A program made the position numbers and the translations under genes. Positions 46,794 through 56,801 of a stretch of DNA of 64,000 bases are shown here, piece after piece. Source of the DNA: Minisyncoccia bacterium (lineage in GTDB: Bacteria; Patescibacteriota; Minisyncoccia; SW-4-49-11); contig JBIKVS010000001.1 of the NCBI GenBank assembly GCA_044356725.1, positions 2,839 through 66,838 on the forward strand, given 5' to 3'. Every line of letters begins with the position of its first letter. The stretch's first letter is position 1. The notes under the pieces were generated by a model. That model searched no databases, had not been told where the DNA came from, and saw only the letters and a list, made by a program, of their open reading frames with translations.

Positions 46794-49793
46794 TTATAAT
46801 ACTTTTAACCCCAATACTCTTTCTAATTCTGCAAAATCAGTGGTATGGTCTAATACCTTTAGAATACCAGAAACTTCTAGAGTTGTCATCCCTTCCTCAA
46901 TAGCTAGGCTCTTGATATTAGCAGTTGAGGCCTTAGATATAATGATCTCTTTGATTTTAGGTGTCAGTACCAATACCTCGAATATAGCAGTGATGCCATT
47001 ATATCCATTTGGATGCTCTGGGCTAGAATTAGACTCGAGAATTGTATCAGGTATTATGCTATGATATCTCTCTGGTAATTTAGATTTGATTATATCTTTC
47101 TGTTCATCAGAAAGTTTAACAGAGGTTGCATTAGTGGGGTCTATTTTTCTTACAATTCTTTGAGCAATAGTCACATTTACAAAAGTAGCTATCTCAGATA
47201 ATCCAACTCCTAAGTCATATAATCTTAAAATAGCCGAAGCCGCATCATTGGTATGTAGGGTTGATAATAGTAAATGTCCAGTAGCTGCTGTCTGCATCGC
47301 TACCTTAGCAGTCTCTCCATCTCTTATCTCGCCAATTAAGACAATATTAGGGTTTTGTCTTAATAAAGCTCGAATAGCATTAGGAAAACTATACCCAGTC
47401 TCTTCATTGATACTGGTCTGTAAAATTCCAGATAATTTGTATTCAATTGGATCTTCTATAGTGATAATTTTGACTCCAGGTTGATTGAGGGTATTAAGAG
47501 TCGCATAAAGAGTAGTAGACTTACCTGCACTAGTAGGTCCAGTTACCAAAATGAGTCCAGTAGTTGCCTGTAATTGTTCCTGCAAAAGATTAATATTATA
47601 CTCATCCATCCCAAGATCTTGTAATTTGAGCTTAGCAATGTCCGATCGTAATATTCTCAGCACAATAGTTTGCCCATAACCTCCAGGGATAATCGACACT
47701 CTAACATCAAAGTTTTTATCCGCAAAAATAGTAAATCTACCTTCTTGAATTTTATTTGCAATATCTAAAGGTAGCCCAGAAAAAATTTTAATTTGAGTTA
47801 AAATTTGAGGATAAAGTGACTTCGGAACACGAGCTTCTTCATATAATACTCCATCAATTCTAAATCTAATTATAAGATCAGACATATCTGGCTCGAGATG
47901 AATGTCCGTAGCTCTTTTAATCAATGCAGTGTTAGTAATAGCTGTTAATTGGTCATTGATAGACATAGATTCAGATATATGTGCAATTTCGGGTAGAAAA
48001 TCACCAGATTGCTTGATATGAATTCCTCGAGATAAGGCAGAAGTCAAAGTAGCCTCATAAATTTCATCTATATAGGATATATCTCCCGCTACAGATAAAA
48101 CTTCTTCAAGAGAAGTCTCTCCATTTACTGCATGCAATACTCCGTCTTGAAACAGAGTCACCATACCATTTTCAACAGCTTTTCTAAATATTTTAAACTC
48201 TGGTATATTATTGACAATTAAGTCTTTGATATTATCTCTAGTTTCGAATAATTCATATAGAGCAAATCTACCTTTATATCCAAGTCCATAACATTTAGCA
48301 CAGCCTTTAGGTCGATATAATCTGTTAATTTCTTGGGGAATGGTTAAATTAGATTTAGGTGAAATTATAGCCAAAGCTTTTTTAATGAGATCCAACTCCT
48401 TTTCTTCTGGAATATATTCTTCTTTACAATCACAAAGTTTTCTTACTAGTCTTTGAGCCACAAAAAGATTCATCGCTGAGATTATTAGCTGAGGGCTAGA
48501 ACCAAATTCTTTTAGTCTAGTTACTATACCAACAGAATCATTAGTATGAATAGTAGAGAATACTAAATGTCCGGTAATGGCAGCGTTTACAGATATACTA
48601 GCAGTCTCATTATCTCGAATTTCTCCAACCATAATCACATCAGGATCTTGTCTTACAATCGCCTTTAATCCGTTAGCAAAAGTGTATCCTTTTTTAGTGT
48701 CTACTTGAGTCTGATTTATATTTTGCAACCTATATTCAATAGGGTCTTCAATAGTAATAATATTAGTCTCAGAGCGATTTACATAATTCAAAAAAGAATA
48801 AAGACTAGTAGTTTTACCCGAACCAGTTGGACCAGATAACATAATCATTCCTTGAGGTTTGTCTAGATTCCTTACAATAATATCCAAAAAAGCCTCTCTA
48901 ATGCCAAAACTATAAATATCCAAATTATGAATCTCTGTATTAAGTAATCTCATCACAATAATTTCCCCGGTCTTACTAGGCAGAATTGATACCCTTACAT
49001 CAATAGATTGTTTTATATTCCCATTATTTTCTTTGATAACAATACTAAATCTACCATCTTGAGCAGTAGTTTTAATATTCAAAACAAGAGAAGCTAAATT
49101 TTTGATCCTTGAAATGAGTAATTTATACATTTCATTATCAAAATTCAAAATATCTTGCAAAACTCCATCTATACGATATCTAAGACGTGTAATATCTCCT
49201 TTTGGCTCAATATGTATATCACTAGCAAAAGCTGTTATAGCCCCAGCACAAATTATTTGAATCAATTCAGAGGTATCCATAGCATCAATTTTGCGAGCGA
49301 AATCTTCCAAAGACACAATACCTTCTTTGAATTCTTGTAACATTGTAATTGGCACTATTAACCTATCCTTCACCACTTCACTTCTTTCCTGTAGAAAGTC
49401 ATAAGCTGCATAACCTTTTTCTAAACTATATTTTGATATTATATATAAATCTAATTCATAATTACTTTGATAGAGTTTTTGCAATATAGTTTTAGCGATT
49501 GGATTGTCTAAATCTTTTAGAGCCACTTTAAGATTTAGTCCAGATCTTTGAAAAATTATCATTTGGGCTTTTTTAGACTGTTCCTTAGTTAGTATTTTTA
49601 AAGCGTCTTGGTTTATTGGAATAAATTGCAGGTTTAAATAAGCCATACCAAGACTATCTGCCAATTTTTGAGTGTTACTCTCTTCTTCTTTTTTACGAAT
49701 AGTAGATAAATTCATATCTATCGCATTATTAGAATGCAATTTGTCTCGAAAGCTTGGACGATAAGATTTTTTTTGTTTTAATATTGAACTCAT
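46794..49793 (-). CDS. Tandem double GspE/PilB-type secretion ATPase: an N-terminal T2SSE_N-like region, ATPase core 1 with a tetracysteine motif, then ATPase core 2 without cysteines.
   Basis: Two Walker A boxes, LSGPTGSGKTT and VTGPTSAGKST; two full core repeats; CDC...CAKC only in core 1. Confidence 0.85.
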   Translation of the reverse strand: MSSILKQKKSYRPSFRDKLHSNNAIDMNLSTIRKKEEESNTQKLADSLGMAYLNLQFIPINQDALKILTKEQSKKAQMIIFQRSGLNLKVALKDLDNPIAKTILQKLYQSNYELDLYIISKYSLEKGYAAYDFLQERSEVVKDRLIVPITMLQEFKEGIVSLEDFARKIDAMDTSELIQIICAGAITAFASDIHIEPKGDITRLRYRIDGVLQDILNFDNEMYKLLISRIKNLASLVLNIKTTAQDGRFSIVIKENNGNIKQSIDVRVSILPSKTGEIIVMRLLNTEIHNLDIYSFGIREAFLDIIVRNLDKPQGMIMLSGPTGSGKTTSLYSFLNYVNRSETNIITIEDPIEYRLQNINQTQVDTKKGYTFANGLKAIVRQDPDVIMVGEIRDNETASISVNAAITGHLVFSTIHTNDSVGIVTRLKEFGSSPQLIISAMNLFVAQRLVRKLCDCKEEYIPEEKELDLIKKALAIISPKSNLTIPQEINRLYRPKGCAKCYGLGYKGRFALYELFETRDNIKDLIVNNIPEFKIFRKAVENGMVTLFQDGVLHAVNGETSLEEVLSVAGDISYIDEIYEATLTSALSRGIHIKQSGDFLPEIAHISESMSINDQLTAITNTALIKRATDIHLEPDMSDLIIRFRIDGVLYEEARVPKSLYPQILTQIKIFSGLPLDIANKIQEGRFTIFADKNFDVRVSIIPGGYGQTIVLRILRSDIAKLKLQDLGMDEYNINLLQEQLQATTGLILVTGPTSAGKSTTLYATLNTLNQPGVKIITIEDPIEYKLSGILQTSINEETGYSFPNAIRALLRQNPNIVLIGEIRDGETAKVAMQTAATGHLLLSTLHTNDAASAILRLYDLGVGLSEIATFVNVTIAQRIVRKIDPTNATSVKLSDEQKDIIKSKLPERYHSIIPDTILESNSSPEHPNGYNGITAIFEVLVLTPKIKEIIISKASTANIKSLAIEEGMTTLEVSGILKVLDHTTDFAELERVLGLKVL

Positions 49794-49915
49794 AATATGT
49801 AGTGTATATTATATATTATATCATAAAATACTAAAAACAGCAAATGCATTTTTAAGATTTCCTTATCCCACACATAAATTTGTCAAAAAAAGTAGAATAT
49901 AGCATAATATATTAG

Positions 49916-51334
49916 TTGTATAAAGTAAAAATAATAAATATGAATGGCTCAAATATGAAAAAACAGAGTAAAGGTTTTACACTCCTAGAAATACTTTTAA
50001 CTATAATGCTAATTGGGATATTAGCAACAATAGTACTTGTAGCAATAAATCCTAATAAACAGATCTCACAATCAAGAAATCTTGTTAGAAAGGCAGATAT
50101 AAATAGTATATATAATGCTTTGCAGCAATACAACGCTGTTAATAGAGGGGTTTCAAATTTCAATATATCCAATAATTATACTGAGATATGTGATACAGGA
50201 AGTCTTACTACAGAAGATAGTCTGCCAAGTACAAACTATTGTGATGGTAAAATTGACTTAAGAGCATTAGTTCCTACGTATTTAATTGAAATTCCAAAAG
50301 ATACTGATACTTCATTAGGTGGTACCGGATATGAACTAGCAAAGGATTCTAATAATCAGACTAGCTTAAGGTCTAATAAAGAAGAGCTGTCTCAGATTGT
50401 AGCAATAAATCCACTGCCAACCCCCGAAGAATTAATTCAAGCTCAGATAGCGGCAGGGACATTAATACCAACAGGGACACAACAATTAGTCTTAGATAGA
50501 TTAGTATATAAGAACAATGCAGGAACTCAGACATATATAGATAAGTCCACAACTACAAGAACCTGTCCAGCTAATTATATTCCAGTCCCAGGGAATAGTA
50601 TGTATGGAACTAGTGACTTTTGTGTAATGAAGTACGAAGCTAAAACAGGGTCCGCCACAGTTTCAGCCACAACACAAACAGCAGGAAACCCACAAGTAAA
50701 TATAACTCAACCAAATGCCATCACAGCCTGTAGTTTAAACGGAGCAGGATATGGACTAATCAATAATAATGAATGGATGACCATAGCCAGGAATATAGAA
50801 GGACAAGGAGTCAACTGGACAGGAGGAGCAGTAGGCAGTGGAGGTTTATGGCGAGGACATAGTGATGGAAGTCCAAATAATGTATTAGCAGCAAGTACAG
50901 ATGACAATGATCCATACTTTGGAACAGGAAACACCAGTCCAAGCATAGAGAGAAGAACCCATACCTTAAGTAATGGAGGAGTAATCTGGGACTTAAGTGG
51001 GAATGTCTGGGAATTTACCAATAATACCATATTAGGAAAAGACCAACCAACAGGAACTACTCCAGGATTTAATTGGAGACAATATACAGCAATAACTAAT
51101 TATGGAACTTTAAGTTATGACCTAACCCACCCAAGTAATACTAGATGGAACAGTAGTCAGAATATGGGACAAATATACAGTGATGGAACAAGTACTAACA
51201 ATACAACTTTCGCCTTCATCCGCGGTGGTGATTGGGATGGTGCTGATACTACTGCAGGAGTATTTACTCTTCGCCTTCATCTTACTCCCGCCTCTACGTT
51301 TACTAGTATTGGCTTCCGCTGCGTTCTGCGCTGA
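49916..51334 (+). CDS. Type IV pilin-like protein with a C-terminal FGE-sulfatase (formylglycine-generating-enzyme family) domain. Likely start at the Met at 49955 (MKKQSKGFTLLE).
   Basis: Class III signal KGFTLLEILLTIMLIGILATIV. C-terminal WDLSGNVWEF...IRGGDWDG...IGFRCVLR, compare YDMSGNVWEW...RGGSW...GFRCA. Confidence 0.6.
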   Translation: MYKVKIINMNGSNMKKQSKGFTLLEILLTIMLIGILATIVLVAINPNKQISQSRNLVRKADINSIYNALQQYNAVNRGVSNFNISNNYTEICDTGSLTTEDSLPSTNYCDGKIDLRALVPTYLIEIPKDTDTSLGGTGYELAKDSNNQTSLRSNKEELSQIVAINPLPTPEELIQAQIAAGTLIPTGTQQLVLDRLVYKNNAGTQTYIDKSTTTRTCPANYIPVPGNSMYGTSDFCVMKYEAKTGSATVSATTQTAGNPQVNITQPNAITACSLNGAGYGLINNNEWMTIARNIEGQGVNWTGGAVGSGGLWRGHSDGSPNNVLAASTDDNDPYFGTGNTSPSIERRTHTLSNGGVIWDLSGNVWEFTNNTILGKDQPTGTTPGFNWRQYTAITNYGTLSYDLTHPSNTRWNSSQNMGQIYSDGTSTNNTTFAFIRGGDWDGADTTAGVFTLRLHLTPASTFTSIGFRCVLR

Positions 51335-51400
51335 GGGGCAACTGGCTCCTCTGCCTAAGTTAGACAACTCTGGGAGCCAGTGAGCTCAGTAATTCGTCAT

Positions 51401-51462
51401 TCGTAGAGTCGGCGCCCCCGCCGACATTTACATTTCGTAGGGGCGACCTGCCAGTCGCCTGC
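51401..51462. repeat. REP palindrome TCGTAGAGTCGGCG-CCCC-CGCCGACAT followed by a type-1 hairpin (GTAGGGGCGAC-CTGCCA-GTCGCCTG) in the pilin/pgk intergenic region.
   Basis: Aligned to the copies at 37916 and 40507, and to 29043 in reverse orientation. Confidence 0.65.
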
Positions 51463-51539
51463 ACTTCTTACCACACCTACCCAAATTAGAACAGAACTAC
51501 AATTTATATTTTTCTAAATCTATGGTATAATAATTTTAT

Positions 51540-52610
51540 ATGAGATATATCAAAGATTATAAAAACCTATTAAAGGGTAAGCGAGTTTTAGTTAGAATTG
51601 ATGTCAATGAACCTGTAGACGCACAGGGTTATCCTCAAGATACTTTTCGTATACAAAGATCTCTAGAGACTATTAATTTCCTAAGAGAGGCGGGGGCTAA
51701 GATTGTTCTGATAGCTCACTTAGGAGATCCACAAGAAAAAGGGCGAGAAAGTTTGTCTTTAGAGCCAATTTCTAAAGTACTGGGAGAACTTGGTGAATTT
51801 GGGGTTAAGTTTATGTCTGAGAATGTTGATAGCATAGATATGAATATAGTCAATAATTTGGCAAATGGAGAGGTTGTCCTTTTAGAAAATCTTAGATTTG
51901 ATTCTAGAGAAGAAGAGAATAGTCTTGAATTTGCTCAAAAACTAGCTCAATTTGGGGATTTATATGTGAGTGATGCTTTTTCAGTGATGCATCGTCAACA
52001 TAGCTCAGTAGTAGCTATTACAGAGATTTTGCCATCCTTTGGTGGGATAGTTTTGGAACAGGAGTTAGATGCTTTGAATCATATATTAGATAATCCAGCT
52101 AAGCCAGCAGTAGCTATTATTGGTGGGGCAAAAATAGCTACTAAATTACCAGTTATCCAGACTTTAGAGTCAATTTTTGATTATATTCTTGTTGGAGGTA
52201 AAATTGCTAATGAATATATTGATGAATATGGTGTAGCTCAAAGTGAGAAAATTCTTTTGCCTGTAGATTTTGTTGAGACAGAGCGTTATGATATTGGACC
52301 TAAAACTATAGAACTATTTGCTGATTATATCTCTCAAGCCTCGACTGTTATTTGGAACGGCCCAATGGGTTGGTTTGAGAAAAAACCTTATGATGAAGGT
52401 ACAAGATATATAGCTCAATCTATTGCTAAAAATGAATCTAGTTACTCAGTTATAGGTGGCGGGGAGACTGTAGATGAGGTTCATAATTTACATCAAGAGT
52501 CTAAAATAGATTTTATTTCTACTGGTGGTGGAGCTATGTTAGAATATATAGCAACTCGAGGGCAGTTGCCTGGTGTTATTGCTTTGCAAAATAATATATT
52601 AGAAATATGA
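51540..52610 (+). CDS. pgk: Phosphoglycerate kinase.
   Basis: N-terminal GKRVLVRIDVNEPVD; ...AHLG; a Gly-rich ATP loop near the C-terminus. Confidence 0.75.
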   Translation: MRYIKDYKNLLKGKRVLVRIDVNEPVDAQGYPQDTFRIQRSLETINFLREAGAKIVLIAHLGDPQEKGRESLSLEPISKVLGELGEFGVKFMSENVDSIDMNIVNNLANGEVVLLENLRFDSREEENSLEFAQKLAQFGDLYVSDAFSVMHRQHSSVVAITEILPSFGGIVLEQELDALNHILDNPAKPAVAIIGGAKIATKLPVIQTLESIFDYILVGGKIANEYIDEYGVAQSEKILLPVDFVETERYDIGPKTIELFADYISQASTVIWNGPMGWFEKKPYDEGTRYIAQSIAKNESSYSVIGGGETVDEVHNLHQESKIDFISTGGGAMLEYIATRGQLPGVIALQNNILEI

Positions 52611-53725
52611 AAATAGCTGTACATGGTTCGCATTTATGTCAGGAAAGAGAAGATGGCAATCAGACCTATATTTTGAATTTATTTCGAGCAATTCGAGATA
52701 TTGATACCGAGAATAAATATACTTTTTATTATAATAGAACCACTAATAAAAAAGTTGAAGCTACCAATTTTGAACATAAAATACATCAAGCTCCTTTTAT
52801 GTGGACTCAGAGAGTCTTTCCATTTTTATTGCGGCAAGATAAACCAGATATTCTGTTTATGCCGATTCAAATGTTGCCTTTTTTGAAATCTCGCAAACAA
52901 AAATCTGTGGTTACTATTCATGATTTAGCTTTTCTTTTATACCCAGAAACTTTCCCCGCTAAGGATGCTTTCTTACATAAACTATATGTAAGAGAGGCTA
53001 TTGCTAAGGCTAATCATCTGATTGCTATTACTGAGGCTACTAAGCAAGATATAATTAAATTTTATAAAGTTGACCCAGACAAGATTACAGTGGTTTATCA
53101 TGGGGTGGATAAGGATAGATTTAGATTGATGCAAGAAGGAGAGGAAAATCTAGTTGTAGATGTTAAAACTAAATACAATATCACTAAGCCTTATATTTTA
53201 TATATTGGGAATGTGCAACCTCGTAAAAATATTCAAGGTCTAATCAAGGCTTATCAAAAACTCAGAAGCACGACAGATCATAATTATCAATTAGTGATTG
53301 CAGGCGCCAAAGCTTGGTTGATCGAAGATGTGATGAAAGAGATTGGAGAGGATTATAGAGAGGATATAATTTTCACAGGTAGATTTCAGGATGAGGAGTT
53401 AGCACCTCTTTTATGGGGTTCAGACTTATTTGTCTTACCTAGCTTTTATGAAGGTTTTGGTTTGCCAATTCTAGAAGCTATGGCTTGTGGAGTGCCTACA
53501 TTGGTGTCTAATACTCCTAGTTTAGTAGAGGTTGGGGGAGAGGCATCTTTATCTTTTGACCCTCATAGTGTTGACGATATGGCAAAAGTATTAGACAATG
53601 TAATAAGTAATCCTGATTTAAGACAAGAAATGAGACTAAAGGGATTGAAAAGAGCAGAAGAATTTTCTTGGAATCGTTGTGCTCAAGAGACTATAAATGT
53701 AATTAAAAATACTCAAATATTATGA
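52607..53725 (+). CDS. Glycosyltransferase family 4.
   Basis: EGFGLPILEAMACGVPTLVSN (GT4 E-x7-E region). Confidence 0.7.
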   Translation: MKIAVHGSHLCQEREDGNQTYILNLFRAIRDIDTENKYTFYYNRTTNKKVEATNFEHKIHQAPFMWTQRVFPFLLRQDKPDILFMPIQMLPFLKSRKQKSVVTIHDLAFLLYPETFPAKDAFLHKLYVREAIAKANHLIAITEATKQDIIKFYKVDPDKITVVYHGVDKDRFRLMQEGEENLVVDVKTKYNITKPYILYIGNVQPRKNIQGLIKAYQKLRSTTDHNYQLVIAGAKAWLIEDVMKEIGEDYREDIIFTGRFQDEELAPLLWGSDLFVLPSFYEGFGLPILEAMACGVPTLVSNTPSLVEVGGEASLSFDPHSVDDMAKVLDNVISNPDLRQEMRLKGLKRAEEFSWNRCAQETINVIKNTQIL

Positions 53726-54774
53726 GAAAAATTATACCTAATGACAATAAAGGACAAAAAAAGAAAATGAAGCCTTGGAAGAAACGGCTACTGATTATTG
53801 TAGGTATTTTATTTTTAATAGGTGGGTCTGTCTTTGGATACTTTGCATATAAGGCGAATCAGTCAATCAATAATATTACTGGAGAGAATCAATCTATTTT
53901 TGATACAGCAAGGTCATTATTATCTGGAGCCTCGAATAAACAATTAAAATCAGATAATGGTAGAACAAACATAGTATTATTAGGGATGCGTGGAGAAAAT
54001 GACCCTAATGGAGGGCTTCTAGCTGATTCTATAATGATTATCTCTATGCAACAAGAATCTAAAAAAGTAGCTATGGTGTCCATACCAAGAGATTTAAGGG
54101 TAGAGATTCCTGGAACTAAAGGTTATAGTAAATTAAATGCAGCTCATGCAGTTGGTTTTAGAGAAAAACCACCACAAGGTTTACAGTATACTATGCAAGT
54201 CTTAGAAGAAGTTACAGGTATGCCTATGCATTATGGAGTTAGTGTAGACTTCATTGCATTCAAAGGTATTATCGATGCTTTAGGAGGCATTACAATTAAT
54301 GCTGAGAGTGACTTTTATGACCCTAATTATGATGGAGGAATTAGAGTTAAAAAAGGTTTGAATGATTTAAATAGTGATAGAGCTTTAAAGTATGTTCAAG
54401 CTAGATTGACTAGTAATGATTTTGATCGTTCTCGACGTCAAAGAGAAGTGATGACCGCAATAAAAGATAAAGCAGATAAGAATGGGTCTCTTAGAAATCC
54501 AATTTTTATGCTAAATCTTTTAGAAAATTTTGGAACTAATGTAAGAACTACTATGACAGTTGAAGAGTTACGAATAGCTGCTGATACAATTGGTACTTTA
54601 GATATGAATAATATGATTCAAAAAGGTTATGATACTTCTGCAGATGGACCTTTTACATCCCAAACATTACCTAATATAGGCTATGTGATTATTCCAAGAA
54701 GTGGTAATTTCACTGCTTTTCAAAAAGATATACAGAGTATATTTGATACTGAAACAACTGTAACTAATCCGTAA
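53722..54774 (+). CDS. LytR-CpsA-Psr (LCP) family protein.
   Basis: N-terminal TM; NIVLLGMRGE...DSIMIISM...VSIPRDL. Confidence 0.7.
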   Translation: MRKIIPNDNKGQKKKMKPWKKRLLIIVGILFLIGGSVFGYFAYKANQSINNITGENQSIFDTARSLLSGASNKQLKSDNGRTNIVLLGMRGENDPNGGLLADSIMIISMQQESKKVAMVSIPRDLRVEIPGTKGYSKLNAAHAVGFREKPPQGLQYTMQVLEEVTGMPMHYGVSVDFIAFKGIIDALGGITINAESDFYDPNYDGGIRVKKGLNDLNSDRALKYVQARLTSNDFDRSRRQREVMTAIKDKADKNGSLRNPIFMLNLLENFGTNVRTTMTVEELRIAADTIGTLDMNNMIQKGYDTSADGPFTSQTLPNIGYVIIPRSGNFTAFQKDIQSIFDTETTVTNP

Positions 54775-54777
54775 AAT

Positions 54778-55605
54778 ATGTATAAATATAAAGTAGCTTT
54801 GACAATTGTCAATTATAATACAAAAGATCTACTTTTATATTGCTTAAAAAAAATTTATCAAGCTAAAATTACTGTCCCATTCCAAGTTATAGTTCTAGAT
54901 AATGCCTCTCATGATTCTGATGTTGTAGAAGAAGAAGTCAAGGACAAATATCCTTTAGTAGAATTTTTGAAACAGCCTAAAAACTATGGATATACTAAAG
55001 GTGTAAACATTTGTGCTAAATATGCTCAAGCTGACTATATATTTAATTTAAATACGGATGCTTTTCTGGATGCTGGAGTTGTTGAATCAATGGTTAATTA
55101 TTTGAATAAAAATCCATCAGTTGGATTGATTGGTCCACAGTTGTTAAATTTTGATAGTTCAATACAAGAGTCAACTTATCATTTTTTAACTCCATTATTA
55201 GCACTATATCGTAGAACCCCAATAGGGTTACTACCTTTTGCCAAAAGAGCAATTGATAAATTTAAGATGTCAGATTGGGACCACAAATCGGTTAAGGAGG
55301 TGGATTGGGTTCTGGGGGCTGCTTATATGTTCCCCAAAACTATAATCGAAAAAATTAATTATCTTGATGAAGATATGTTTCTATATTTATCAGATACTTA
55401 TTTTGCTTGGCAAGTTTGGTTGAACGGGTATAAGGTGGTATATTATCCTGAAGTCAAAATGTATCATTATCATCGCAAATCAAGTCAAAACGGATTTATA
55501 TTCCGCCTCTTGTTTAAAAGAATTTACTGGATACATATTCAGGATGGAATTAAGTTTTTTAGTAAAACATGGGCTAAACCTAATCCTCACAAACAGTTAA
55601 TTTAA
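54778..55605 (+). CDS. Glycosyltransferase family 2.
   Basis: VALTIVNYNTKDLL...VLDNASHD. Confidence 0.6.
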   Translation: MYKYKVALTIVNYNTKDLLLYCLKKIYQAKITVPFQVIVLDNASHDSDVVEEEVKDKYPLVEFLKQPKNYGYTKGVNICAKYAQADYIFNLNTDAFLDAGVVESMVNYLNKNPSVGLIGPQLLNFDSSIQESTYHFLTPLLALYRRTPIGLLPFAKRAIDKFKMSDWDHKSVKEVDWVLGAAYMFPKTIIEKINYLDEDMFLYLSDTYFAWQVWLNGYKVVYYPEVKMYHYHRKSSQNGFIFRLLFKRIYWIHIQDGIKFFSKTWAKPNPHKQLI

Positions 55606-55615
55606 AATATAAATT

Positions 55616-56797
55616 ATGAAATTATCTAACTTTTTATTCACAGCTCTTCTATTAATTATATCTTTTATTCTAGGAGGATTTTATTTTCAAGACTATGTAT
55701 ATAGTTTTATTAACTCCAATTCTAAACTATCTAACAATTTAGAGACCAATTCTTTACAAAAAGTATATAATTTTTTAAGAGAGGAATATCTTTACCCTGA
55801 TAAATTTGAAGATAAAACCACAGCAGAATTAGGGGCAGTGAAAGGATTGGTTGAATCTTTGGATGATCCATATACAGTTTATTTTTCTAAAGATGAGTAT
55901 AAAGATTTTTCAGAAAGTTTGGATGGTAAGTTCCAAGGAATTGGAGCTGAAATTGGACTTAGAGAAGGTCAATTAATAATTATATCTCCAATTAAAGGTA
56001 CTCCCGCTAGTAAAGCGGGATTATTGCCAGGAGATGCTATAATTACTATTAATGGTGAGAGTACATTTGGCTTAAGTGTGGATAAAGCAGTTACAAAAAT
56101 TAGAGGGGAAAAGGGAACTGAAGTCAAATTAGAAATTGCAAGAGAAGGACAGACTGGAATACAAGAATTTGTTATAGTTAGAGATACTATAGATGTCCCA
56201 AATATTAAAACTCAAGAAAAAGATGGAGTTGGTATTATTTCTTTAGCTCAGTTTCAAGTAGAAAGTGCCCAAGAATTAGACCAAGAGATAATCAAGTTAC
56301 AAGAAAAAGGTATTAAAAATATAGTTCTAGACTTAAGAAATAATCCAGGAGGATACTTACAAGCCGCCGTGGATGTAGTGGAATTATTTACTCCAAAAGG
56401 ATCAGTCGCAGTGATAGAAAAAGGTAGAGAATCTAATATGGTAAAAGAGTTAAAAACTAAAAAAGCTCCCAAATATGAAGAAATAAATCTAGTAGTACTA
56501 GTCAATCAAGGTTCAGCCAGTGCTTCTGAGATAGTAGCAGGAGCCTTGAGAGATTTAAAAGAGATTAAATTAGTTGGCCAGCAGACCTTTGGTAAAGGAT
56601 TAGTCCAAAGCACTAAGGATTTTTCTGATGGTTCAGTTTTGAAGTATACTATAGCTGAGTGGCTCACTCCTTCAGGACTAGCTATTAATAAAGAAGGAAT
56701 TAAGCCAGATTTTGAAGTAAAATTAACACCTGATGACATTAAAGCAGAAAAAGATCCACAATTAGATAAAGCAATAGAAATAATAAAATCAAAATAA
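55616..56797 (+). CDS. ctpA: C-terminal processing (S41) peptidase with a PDZ domain.
   Basis: PDZ GLLPGDAIITING; S41 core NQGSASASEIVAGAL. Confidence 0.75.
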   Translation: MKLSNFLFTALLLIISFILGGFYFQDYVYSFINSNSKLSNNLETNSLQKVYNFLREEYLYPDKFEDKTTAELGAVKGLVESLDDPYTVYFSKDEYKDFSESLDGKFQGIGAEIGLREGQLIIISPIKGTPASKAGLLPGDAIITINGESTFGLSVDKAVTKIRGEKGTEVKLEIAREGQTGIQEFVIVRDTIDVPNIKTQEKDGVGIISLAQFQVESAQELDQEIIKLQEKGIKNIVLDLRNNPGGYLQAAVDVVELFTPKGSVAVIEKGRESNMVKELKTKKAPKYEEINLVVLVNQGSASASEIVAGALRDLKEIKLVGQQTFGKGLVQSTKDFSDGSVLKYTIAEWLTPSGLAINKEGIKPDFEVKLTPDDIKAEKDPQLDKAIEIIKSK

Positions 56798-56801
56798 ATA
56801 T

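Noticed and set aside
51339-51385. Inverted repeat ACTGGCTCC...GGAGCCAGT after the pilin gene as a terminator
   Set aside because: The loop is 23 nt and there is no T-tract. It is possibly structural but is not a convincing intrinsic terminator.
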